16,741 nt of DNA from Promethearchaeota archaeon (GTDB taxonomy: Archaea > Asgardarchaeota > Lokiarchaeia > Sigyniarchaeales > SOKP01), in the NCBI GenBank assembly GCA_048938445.1, contig JBHLME010000098.1:1-16741 (forward strand), written 5' to 3'. The notes below the pieces were generated by a model, which was not told the origin of the DNA, searched no databases, and saw nothing but the letters and a program-made list of their open reading frames with translations. Position numbers and translations under genes: made by a program. Within the stretch, counting starts at the first letter, position 1, and every line of letters starts with the position of its first letter. Below are positions 8,105 through 15,821 of this stretch, in pieces.

Positions 8105-8147
8105 TATAAAGTTGATATTCTAAGATCTAAGTTCTATCGACTTTATA
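8105..8147. repeat. Inverted repeat (13-bp arms, 17-nt spacer) between convergent Rab-like and lysC genes
   Basis: tataaagttgata (8105-8117) pairs with tatcgactttata (8135-8147) at 12/13 positions; the mismatch is a G-U pair on the + strand RNA. Confidence 0.6.
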
Positions 8148-8190
8148 ATAATAAAAAAGTTATATAAATTAAGTTTATATTCTATAATTT

Positions 8191-9627
8191 CTAACTATCG
8201 AGGCACATTCCCGTATCAAAATTTTCGCAGAGTTCGTTATGGATAGCTTGAATTGCATCAATTAATTTACTTCTATCAATAACAAGAGAAAGATTCAATT
8301 CCTCAAAACTTTGTGAAATTGCTTTCACATTTACTCCTTTTTTGTCCATTGCTTCGAAAATTGTGGTTTTTGTCCTGTTTTCGAGAATTTTTGAACCGGT
8401 GATATTAATAACTGCCACATCTTCAGATTTTATTTTGAAAAAATCCTTGAAATATTTACTATTCATGAGGGCAGAAATAGCTTTCTGTGCGTCTTCATTT
8501 TTTACGACGAAAGATGTACTTATTTCTGACGCACTCTGAGAGACTAATGATACACTAATTTCATTCTTGGCCATTAATTTAAAAATTTTTGCTAAAACAC
8601 CTGGAACATCAACCATAGAACCAGAAATAATTGTTATAATAGTAGCTTCTTCTATCGCTGAAACCCCTTTAATTTCTTTAATATCTGTTATATCTGAGAT
8701 ACGTGTATAATTGACTTCTTCTTCAGGATTATCAAAATTTCTAATTTCTAGCGGTATTTTATTCTTTTCCAATGCTTCAAGGCACTTTGGATGAAGAACT
8801 TTAGCTCCAAAATTCGCAATTTCCTTTGCTTCATTATAATCAATATGTTTTATCAGAGAAGAATTTGGCACGTATTTTGGATTAATCGCGAGTAACCCAT
8901 CTACATCTTTCCACAAAATCACTTTAATGTCCTTATCAATTCCAACTTCATAAAGGGAACGAGCTAAAATTGTCGCCGTATAATCAGATCCTCCTCTACC
9001 TAATGTTGTGATATAACCAATCTTATTTCGACCAATGAATCCAGTAACGCAAAATATGAAATTTTTTGCTTCAGTTTCTAATACAGGAATAATCTTGTCA
9101 CGTATTCTATTATTTGTTAATTCATATAAAGGATAAGCATTATTATAATTATCATTCGTTATAATTATTTTATTAGCTGGGATGTAAACAGCATCTAATC
9201 CTTTACTCTGTAGATATTCACTTAATATATAAGTTGATAGTATTTCCCCAAAGCTTGATACATAATCAATATAATATGGCTCTAAACCAAATTCTTGTAT
9301 ATCAGCGAACACATCATCTAATTCACTTAATTTCTTATCAATCCAATCCTTTGCTCTTCTATAATTAAGTGTATCTTCTGGAATTATTTCTTCAATCACG
9401 TCTATATGTCGCTTTTCAAGTATTGCAATATTTTTATCTATATCAGACCGTCCATTTTCTTTAATTAAATGTGCCGTATTTAATAATAAATCCGTGATAC
9501 CATTAAATGCTGATGCTACATAAAGCTTTTTTGAATCTTTATATAATATAGAAATTTCATAAATCTTGTTAAAAGCTTTATCATTGACTAAACAACTACC
9601 TCCAAATTTCATAATCACTATAGGCAT
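8191..9627 (-). CDS. lysC: Aspartate kinase with two C-terminal ACT domains
   Basis: MKFGGS, SAFNGITD, GEILS, TTLGRGGSDYTA, DVDG...NP, GAKVLHP, followed by two ACT repeats (PGVLAKIF...SQSASE; ISQSFEELN). Confidence 0.95.
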   Translation of the reverse strand: MPIVIMKFGGSCLVNDKAFNKIYEISILYKDSKKLYVASAFNGITDLLLNTAHLIKENGRSDIDKNIAILEKRHIDVIEEIIPEDTLNYRRAKDWIDKKLSELDDVFADIQEFGLEPYYIDYVSSFGEILSTYILSEYLQSKGLDAVYIPANKIIITNDNYNNAYPLYELTNNRIRDKIIPVLETEAKNFIFCVTGFIGRNKIGYITTLGRGGSDYTATILARSLYEVGIDKDIKVILWKDVDGLLAINPKYVPNSSLIKHIDYNEAKEIANFGAKVLHPKCLEALEKNKIPLEIRNFDNPEEEVNYTRISDITDIKEIKGVSAIEEATIITIISGSMVDVPGVLAKIFKLMAKNEISVSLVSQSASEISTSFVVKNEDAQKAISALMNSKYFKDFFKIKSEDVAVINITGSKILENRTKTTIFEAMDKKGVNVKAISQSFEELNLSLVIDRSKLIDAIQAIHNELCENFDTGMCLDS

Positions 9628-9633
9628 TAATCT

Positions 9634-9640
9634 CCACCTT
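9634..9640 (-). promoter_or_regulatory. Shine-Dalgarno site of lysC
   Basis: Minus strand reads AAGGTGG-AGATTA-ATG, an archaeal GGTG-type SD with a 6-nt spacer. Confidence 0.7.
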
Positions 9641-9737
9641 ATGAAGAACCTTTATATTATATTCTTTGAATTTTAATTACTAAATATAGTTTTTTAAATA
9701 TGAGCTAATAGCTGAGAATTATATGAAAGTTATTCAA

Positions 9738-10322
9738 TTAATCATGTACCATTAATTTAATGAGTTTTGCTATATTTTTTTGTATCTTGCTATTAACATC
9801 TACAAGCACAATTCCTTCGGGAATTGGATTCTTGGAATCAGTTATAGGCGGTTGACCATAAAACACTAAATTCTTCACTTTTTTATCCAAAAATATTTCT
9901 ATAACCAAAGGTAAGACTAATAAATCTTCTTCTCCTTCAGTTATTTTCAGTAATGTTCTATTATTCGAATTTATTATTTTTTTTAAAAGAGAAAAACTTT
10001 CTTTTCTTATAGTTCCTTGTGGATTTTTAAATTCATATGTCTCTTCAAAAAATTCTTCAAATGAGATTTTTATCTTGTTTCTTTGAGTTTTTTCATCAAT
10101 AATACTCAATTTAATAAATGATTTCAGAAAATCATTATTTAAAAAATCTTCTGTCACTATATCTCCTACGGTATATAATTTTAAAGAAAATCCAGAATTT
10201 AAATAATTTCTTAAAATGTTTTCTACTTCGGAAACTGTATCTCCTCTCGTTCCTGAAATAAGTTTTCCTAAAGGTCGGGTAAATTTATATCGTTCTTCTT
10301 TTGGAATTCTGAAACCTTTCAT
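9738..10322 (-). CDS. DUF359 family protein, probable GTP-dependent dephospho-CoA kinase
   Basis: PLGKLI, YTVGDIVT, IIDEKTQR, NPQGTI, EGEEDLLVLP and YGQP...GIVLV match the archaeal DUF359 pattern. Start reassigned to ATG 10322 (MKGFRIP), because the 43 upstream codons are AT-rich intergenic sequence that overlaps the divergent PHP start. Confidence 0.85.
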   Translation of the reverse strand: MKGFRIPKEERYKFTRPLGKLISGTRGDTVSEVENILRNYLNSGFSLKLYTVGDIVTEDFLNNDFLKSFIKLSIIDEKTQRNKIKISFEEFFEETYEFKNPQGTIRKESFSLLKKIINSNNRTLLKITEGEEDLLVLPLVIEIFLDKKVKNLVFYGQPPITDSKNPIPEGIVLVDVNSKIQKNIAKLIKLMVHD

Positions 10323-10430
10323 GCTTAACAATAAGTATAGTTTTAGAGATTTTAAAAAGTAATTGTATGAATGATTAATCTTCATTTTTATGAGTAATAA
10401 AAATATTAGATAGTTCATTCTAATATAATA

Positions 10431-11309
10431 ATGATCGATCTTCATCTGCATTCAAATAATTCGGATGGATTAGACTCACCTTCAAAGCTAATTGATATTG
10501 CTTTGAATTCAGATAGGAATTTAAAAGCTATAGCTTTAACTGATCACGATTCTATTGATGGTCTAGCAGAATTTATGTCCTGTGGTGAAGATAAAAGAAT
10601 TATTACCATACCTGGCATTGAAATATCAATCCAGCATCAGCCAGAAAGAGGATTTAAAGACATTCATATAGTTGGTTTAAATATAGACTATACATCTAAT
10701 GAATTAATCAGCGCTCTTAAAAAACAATTAAGAGGGAGAATTGAACAAAAAGAAAGGATATGTGATCGTTTAAGGGAAGAATTTAATTTTAAAATATCCT
10801 TTAATGAAGTAAAAAATCTAGCTGGAAGTTATTCACTAGGGAGACCCCATATTATTGAGGTTTTGATTAATAACAATCCAAAAAGAGTTAAGGAATATAC
10901 TAAAAATGAGCTATTTAAATTAATTAGTATAGGTGGAGAAGCATATGTTTTTAGAGAATTTGAGCTAAATTTAGGAGAAGCAATTAATTTAATTGAAGCC
11001 GCGGGTGGAATTCCAATATTAGCACATCCAGGAATATATGAAGTTAAAGATAGAAAAAAATTTCTTGAGATGTGTATAGAATTTGGTATCAAAGGTTTGG
11101 AAATTGAATATACTTATTCAAAAAATAGACCATATAATAATACAGAAAATGCAGAATGGGTTCAAGAATTTCTACCAAATTATTATCGACAGTTAGCTGA
11201 GAGACATGATCTTTTAAAATCAGGAGGGTCAGATTACCATGGAGGGAAAAAAGGAATTAATATTGGTGAAGCAAATGTTCCTGATAAGTATTTAAAAAGT
11301 TTCATTTAA
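10431..11309 (+). CDS. PHP-domain metal-dependent phosphoesterase (TrpH/YciV-like)
   Basis: DLHLHS..SDG, ALTDHD, GIEIS, HIVGL, GRPH, ILAHP and GGSDYHG. Confidence 0.93.
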   Translation: MIDLHLHSNNSDGLDSPSKLIDIALNSDRNLKAIALTDHDSIDGLAEFMSCGEDKRIITIPGIEISIQHQPERGFKDIHIVGLNIDYTSNELISALKKQLRGRIEQKERICDRLREEFNFKISFNEVKNLAGSYSLGRPHIIEVLINNNPKRVKEYTKNELFKLISIGGEAYVFREFELNLGEAINLIEAAGGIPILAHPGIYEVKDRKKFLEMCIEFGIKGLEIEYTYSKNRPYNNTENAEWVQEFLPNYYRQLAERHDLLKSGGSDYHGGKKGINIGEANVPDKYLKSFI

Positions 11310-11337
11310 TCTTTAGAATGTTATTTTAAACCGACTA

Positions 11338-13191
11338 TTATAACATTTTTTCGAGCTCTGAGATTTGTGCAACTAATTTCTCTTCAACAGCTTTTAATTT
11401 TTTAATCTTCTCATCATATTCTTCTTTAGTGATTTCACCGGTTAATTCTTTCATTTCAAAATCTAAAGACATTTTTGAAATATTAGCTCTCTTTATTTTT
11501 AGGTCAGTTAAAGTTTTTTGAATGTTATCTCTTTGTTCTTGATCTGATATACCAGTAGGCTCAGGTTTACTTGGTAATTTTGTAAAATCGGACGATGGTT
11601 TTGCAGGTGTTTCAGGGACATCAGGTTTATCAGGAGGCATTGTTAAAAATGGTTTCTCTTGTTCTAATGATTGTTTTTCAGTCTTCATGAAAGGTGTGGA
11701 TGATTCAACAGGTTTAGGTTTTTCTACTGTTGGATTGGTGACATGCCCATAAGCAGATGTTTTTAACTTGTTTTTTGCGTCTTTAGGAACGTGTAAAACT
11801 TGTTTTGGTTTATCTTTTACTATGAATTCTTCAGGATTAATTGGTAATTTCGATGTTCCTTCGGAACCTTGAGATAATTGAGGTGGGGTAGGTGGGGGTT
11901 TCATCTTAGGTTTTTCTGGTAATGCTGTTAGTTTTTCATTTTCATCTTCAAATGCAACGGGGAATTCAACACTTTCTGCCATAGGTTTTTCTGGTAACGC
12001 TGTCAATTTTTCACTTTCATCTTTGGATGTAATGGTGGGTTCAACACTATAACCGATAGGTTTTTCTCTATCTTTATGTTGCGTGTCAATTTCAGGAGTT
12101 CTAATCACTTTAGGTGGTTCAGCTACTTTAGGAGGTTCAATACTTGCTTTTTCTAGCATGTTTTTAATCTTTTCTGCTTTATTAAAGAATTCTTTACTTA
12201 ATACATCATCTCCTAAATCTATGCATAAATCTCCTATTTTTTCAAATAATTGAACTGCTTGCTGGAAATTACCAGTTTCTAATGCTATTTTAGCCTCTTC
12301 CGTTAAATTATCCCTTTCTCTAAGTGGCTTTAGAAGGGGTGATACATTTGCGCTCATTTCTAACACATCAGCGATAATTGTTATCATTTTTTCACGATTT
12401 TCTGCCCTATTAGCAATCATGGAATAAGTCTTTAAACCTAAAATTTTTTCTATCGTCTCAGGAGTCATGGCATCAGGTAAATCTTGTTTATTTCCAATTA
12501 CTGCAGTATGTGCATTTGGTGCTTGTTCTTTGATTAATTCCAAGAAAAATTTACTTTTTTCAACGTTCTCTATTGTAGAATCAGTAATTAATAATACAGC
12601 GTCACTACCTTTTATAAAATTAGTCCAAAGATAACTAAATTGTTCTTGGCCTGCAAAGTCCCATAAACTAAATTGTAATTTACCAATCTTAATTGTTGCA
12701 ATATCTCCAGTAATAGTTGGTACATGTTGCATTGGTATTTCCTCTGCTTTGATAAGCCTTGTTGTCGTAGTTTTTCCAACTCCAGAAAATCCGCATAAAG
12801 AAATTTTTGGTTTAAGATTCCGATGAATTGCGTCTATATTTGGATCAAATACTTCAAAGGTTTTTATATCGCATTTTTCTCCTATAATATCTCCGAATAA
12901 GTTTATAAATTCTTTCTTGCATTTTGTTAATTCCTTTTTAACATAATCAAATTTATCATTCAGTCCAGTTATAAAGAGGATAATTAAATCATGTTCTTTA
13001 TCCGTTATATATGAAATTCTAAATTTGTAATAATCATGAAATTCTAATTTCTGTTCAGTAGATCCTCTTCCAAATATATCTTCTCTTATCTGTTTAAAAT
13101 GATTTTCAAATACATCATCAGCTAATGCCTTTCCAAATTCTCTTCTATAGAGGAGTTCTTCATTTTTATAAATATAAACTTGTCTTAAAAT
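11338..13191 (-). CDS. Multidomain protein: longin-like domain, Arf-like small GTPase, MIT/TPR-like module, Pro-rich linker and C-terminal coiled-coil hairpin (617 aa if it starts at ATT 13191)
   Basis: The track ORF (from 12732) lacks a P-loop. Manual translation shows the frame stays open upstream to TGA 13198-13200, adding ILRQVYIYKNEELLYRREFG...KISLCGFSGVGKTTTTRLIKAEEIP with G1 at 12769-12792. It continues with PTI, WDFAGQ and NKQDLPDAM. Start codon is inferred. Confidence 0.88.
   Translation of the reverse strand: MLRQVYIYKNEELLYRREFGKALADDVFENHFKQIREDIFGRGSTEQKLEFHDYYKFRISYITDKEHDLIILFITGLNDKFDYVKKELTKCKKEFINLFGDIIGEKCDIKTFEVFDPNIDAIHRNLKPKISLCGFSGVGKTTTTRLIKAEEIPMQHVPTITGDIATIKIGKLQFSLWDFAGQEQFSYLWTNFIKGSDAVLLITDSTIENVEKSKFFLELIKEQAPNAHTAVIGNKQDLPDAMTPETIEKILGLKTYSMIANRAENREKMITIIADVLEMSANVSPLLKPLRERDNLTEEAKIALETGNFQQAVQLFEKIGDLCIDLGDDVLSKEFFNKAEKIKNMLEKASIEPPKVAEPPKVIRTPEIDTQHKDREKPIGYSVEPTITSKDESEKLTALPEKPMAESVEFPVAFEDENEKLTALPEKPKMKPPPTPPQLSQGSEGTSKLPINPEEFIVKDKPKQVLHVPKDAKNKLKTSAYGHVTNPTVEKPKPVESSTPFMKTEKQSLEQEKPFLTMPPDKPDVPETPAKPSSDFTKLPSKPEPTGISDQEQRDNIQKTLTDLKIKRANISKMSLDFEMKELTGEITKEEYDEKIKKLKAVEEKLVAQISELEKML
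11907..12023. repeat. In-frame imperfect direct repeat (2 x 42 nt, 75-nt period) encoding DExEKLTALPEKP twice
   Basis: 11907-11948 versus 11982-12023 differ at 4 of 42 positions. Confidence 0.85.
12107..12139. repeat. Short tandem repeat (18-nt period) encoding EPPKV twice
   Basis: actttaggtggttca (12107-12121) and actttaggaggttca (12125-12139). Confidence 0.7.
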
Positions 13192-13197
13192 ATCTAG

Positions 13198-13204
13198 TCA
13201 CCTT
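13198..13204 (-). promoter_or_regulatory. Shine-Dalgarno site upstream of the putative ATT start of the longin-GTPase gene
   Basis: Minus strand reads AAGGTGA-CTAGAT-ATT, the same core motif and 6-nt spacer as the lysC SD. Confidence 0.7.
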
Positions 13205-13230
13205 ATGATACTGGTGTTTTTTTTCTTCTC

Positions 13231-13722
13231 TCAATTTGAGATATATTTTATAAGATCTTTTATGATCGAATATTTTTTTTCTTTATCCTCATCTTCTTTT
13301 AACGTTTCTTTTATTTTTTCAATATCTTGAGAAAAATCAAAGGTAGTAAATGCATCTAACTCTTTTTCAATCACTTTTTGTTCCAAATTATTAAGGAAAA
13401 CGTTAACACCCGGCATGAATTTTGCCATATTGATGCTTAAATCTAATTTTGAAATTAATATTAATTTTTTACTGAAAGTAAATAAATAATTATGTTTTTG
13501 TGAAGCTAGGGTAAAGTAATCGATATGTTGTAAATTTAGTTCATTTGCGATTTCATTACTATTATTGATAAATTCTAAAATATTATTTGGGACAATTTTT
13601 CCTTTTGAGAATTCCTTGATTGCTGATCCCAAAACAATACCATATTTATTTGCAATAGCACACTCCGTCTTTAATTCGGATTTTAGTTGTTGAATGATTT
13701 CATCAAAATTAGTATCTTCCAT
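13231..13722 (-). CDS. Roadblock/LC7 (MglB/LAMTOR-like) domain protein with C-terminal helical extension
   Basis: N-terminal amphipathic helix, beta-hairpin CAIANKYGIVLGS, helix ending IANELNLQHIDYFTL, strands NYLFTF and LILISKL, then INMAKF helix. This matches the roadblock pattern by eye. Confidence 0.65.
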   Translation of the reverse strand: MEDTNFDEIIQQLKSELKTECAIANKYGIVLGSAIKEFSKGKIVPNNILEFINNSNEIANELNLQHIDYFTLASQKHNYLFTFSKKLILISKLDLSINMAKFMPGVNVFLNNLEQKVIEKELDAFTTFDFSQDIEKIKETLKEDEDKEKKYSIIKDLIKYISN

Positions 13723-13934
13723 TATAAAGAAACCGTTTTTTTATATGTTAATATAAGAAAAATTATTTATATTTTTCCTATCTAAAATTTTTAAGTACCT
13801 CTATTTCTTATACCTTAAATAATAAAAACACTTCATCATGATACAAGTATTTGAAGCAAAAGGATTAATATTCTCTTTTAATATTTAAATTAAAGAAAGA
13901 TTTGATCTAATTAAAAGTATGAGATCTTAACTAT

Positions 13935-14714
13935 ATGATGAAATACCACTTTTTTGAAAAAGAATCAGATATTACAATAATTTCGGAATCAAAATCTGCT
14001 ATATTAAAAGCTAAAGAAGAATTTTATCATCATAGAAGGATTTTAGAAAGATATATTCAAAAAGATAAGCGATTCTTAACCTCATTCTCACCCATCAAAG
14101 TGAATTCAAACGAAAAGATTCTAAAGTTAATGGAGAAAGTTTCGTATGCATGTGATGTTGGACCAATGGCTGCTGTTGCAGGGGCCTTAGCAGATTTAAT
14201 GTTAGATGTGATGAAAATGAAAGATGATTCTGGATTAATTCTGGCAAAAAATGCATTAGTTGAAAATGGTGGTGAGATTGCGATAGACTCAGAAAAGTCT
14301 ATGAGAATTGCATTATATGCTGGTAAAAATGAATTGAATTTAAATATTGGATTTCTTATTGAAAAAAAGGATTGTCCAATAGGAATTGGAACCAGTTCTG
14401 CTACAGTAGGACATGCAATTAGTTTGGGTGAAGCAGATGCTGTAACAATATTTGCAAATAATGCCGCCTTAGCAGATGCTGCAGCAACTAGAATTGCTAA
14501 TTTGGTGAAAGGCACAGATATTGAAAAATCAATTAAAAAAGCATTAGATGCTGTTGAAGATATTGAAAACGTTATTGGTTGTTTCATATCTCGAGAAAAT
14601 AAAGTTGGGCAAGTTGGAAAAATACCAAAAATGATAAAAATCGAAGGAAATAAATCAGAGATAATAAAGGAAAAAGATGCTTTATTTCCCGGAAATTATG
14701 AGATTTTTAAATAA
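13935..14714 (+). CDS. UPF0280 family protein (ApbE superfamily)
   Basis: F..S..P, VGPMAAVAGA, VENGGEIA, GIGTSSATVGHAISLGEADAVT and ADAAAT..AN. Confidence 0.9.
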   Translation: MMKYHFFEKESDITIISESKSAILKAKEEFYHHRRILERYIQKDKRFLTSFSPIKVNSNEKILKLMEKVSYACDVGPMAAVAGALADLMLDVMKMKDDSGLILAKNALVENGGEIAIDSEKSMRIALYAGKNELNLNIGFLIEKKDCPIGIGTSSATVGHAISLGEADAVTIFANNAALADAAATRIANLVKGTDIEKSIKKALDAVEDIENVIGCFISRENKVGQVGKIPKMIKIEGNKSEIIKEKDALFPGNYEIFK

Positions 14715-14736
14715 TAAGATATATTTTTTCTCACTT

Positions 14737-15708
14737 TTAATAAATTTTTAAATTTACTTGATATTTTTGATTATACCAGTGTAAATAATCCCTTAAACCT
14801 TCTTCTTGATTATATTTTGGTTCAAATTTGATTAGTCTTTTAGCTTTAGAGATATCTCCATAGCTATGTAGAATATCTCCTGGACGGGGCTCCATATATT
14901 CAATTTCTAAGTCCTCTTTCCCGGTTAATTTTAACATTAATCTTGCAAGATTAGTCAGATTTATTGGACTATTACATGAAATATTCAAGATTTCTCCAGC
15001 AGCATCATGAATCCCAACTAATAAATTTGCGTGAACGACATCTTTAACGTATGTAAAATCTCTTGAATTCTCTCCATTACCATAAATAATTAAATTTTCA
15101 TTACGAAGAATTCTTCCCAACCAAATTGCTATAACCCCGCTATAGGGAGAGTCTCTTTGTCTTGGACCAAAAACGTTAAAATATCGCAATGAGGTTGTTT
15201 TTAAACCATAGATTTGATGATATACTTTCATGTATGCTTCTCCTGCTAATTTTGAAACACCATATGGAGATATTGGAATTCTTTTCATTTCTTCATTTTT
15301 AGGTAAAACGGGAGTATCTCCATATACAGAAGCACTTGAAGCAAAAATAACTTTATCAACATTTTTTTTCCGTGCTGCATTTAAAATGTTTAAAACTCCA
15401 TTTATATTATTATCATTACATGACTCTGGCATTTTAATTGATTGAGGAACACTTGTAAATGCTGCTTCATGAAATATAATATCTATATCTTCAGTCACAT
15501 CCAATAAAAAGTTTAAATCTCTCACATCACCTTTTTGGAACTGAAAATTTTTATTTTTCATTGCCTTTTCTAAATTTTCTATTCTTCCATTGAATAGATT
15601 ATCAAGGCCAATTACATTTGCTCCAATCTCAAGCAATTTATCAGTCAAATTGCTACCGATAAAGCCTGCTGCTCCAGTTACGATGATCTTTTTTTCTTTT
15701 AAAGACAT
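14737..15708 (-). CDS. NAD-dependent NDP-sugar epimerase/dehydratase (extended SDR, UDP-Glc/GlcNAc 4-epimerase-like)
   Basis: TGAAGFIGS, HEAA..SVP.S, ASSASVYG, catalytic YGVSK, LRYFNVFGPRQ, RDFTYV and RPGDI. Confidence 0.93.
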   Translation of the reverse strand: MSLKEKKIIVTGAAGFIGSNLTDKLLEIGANVIGLDNLFNGRIENLEKAMKNKNFQFQKGDVRDLNFLLDVTEDIDIIFHEAAFTSVPQSIKMPESCNDNNINGVLNILNAARKKNVDKVIFASSASVYGDTPVLPKNEEMKRIPISPYGVSKLAGEAYMKVYHQIYGLKTTSLRYFNVFGPRQRDSPYSGVIAIWLGRILRNENLIIYGNGENSRDFTYVKDVVHANLLVGIHDAAGEILNISCNSPINLTNLARLMLKLTGKEDLEIEYMEPRPGDILHSYGDISKAKRLIKFEPKYNQEEGLRDYLHWYNQKYQVNLKIY

Positions 15709-15821
15709 TCTTAATTAACTATTTTATAGAACTATCTCTTTATTTAATATTATTTGATAAATGAGTTAAATCTATTAAATTCTTTTTAAATTATTTTTTT
15801 TATTCCTTAGAAATTAAATAA

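Noticed and set aside
653-8131. Shared short words AAGATCTAAG (653, 8122) and AAGTTGATATT (726, 8109) downstream of the E2 and Rab-like genes
   Set aside because: 10-11-mers in different order and spacing, compatible with chance in AT-rich DNA.
10323-10451. 43-aa N-terminal extension of the DUF359 ORF overlapping the PHP start
   Set aside because: Low-complexity translation of the AT-rich divergent promoter gap; family-like sequence begins at ATG 10322.
13165-13201. GTG within the SD (13199-13201) as a start, with a frameshift into the longin frame
   Set aside because: That frame stops after 11 codons and has no SD of its own. The ATT start explains the data more simply.
8342-15445. ORFs 8342-8539, 10829-11092, 14057-14587 and 15230-15445
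   Set aside because: All are fully antisense to well-supported genes (lysC, PHP, UPF0280, epimerase).
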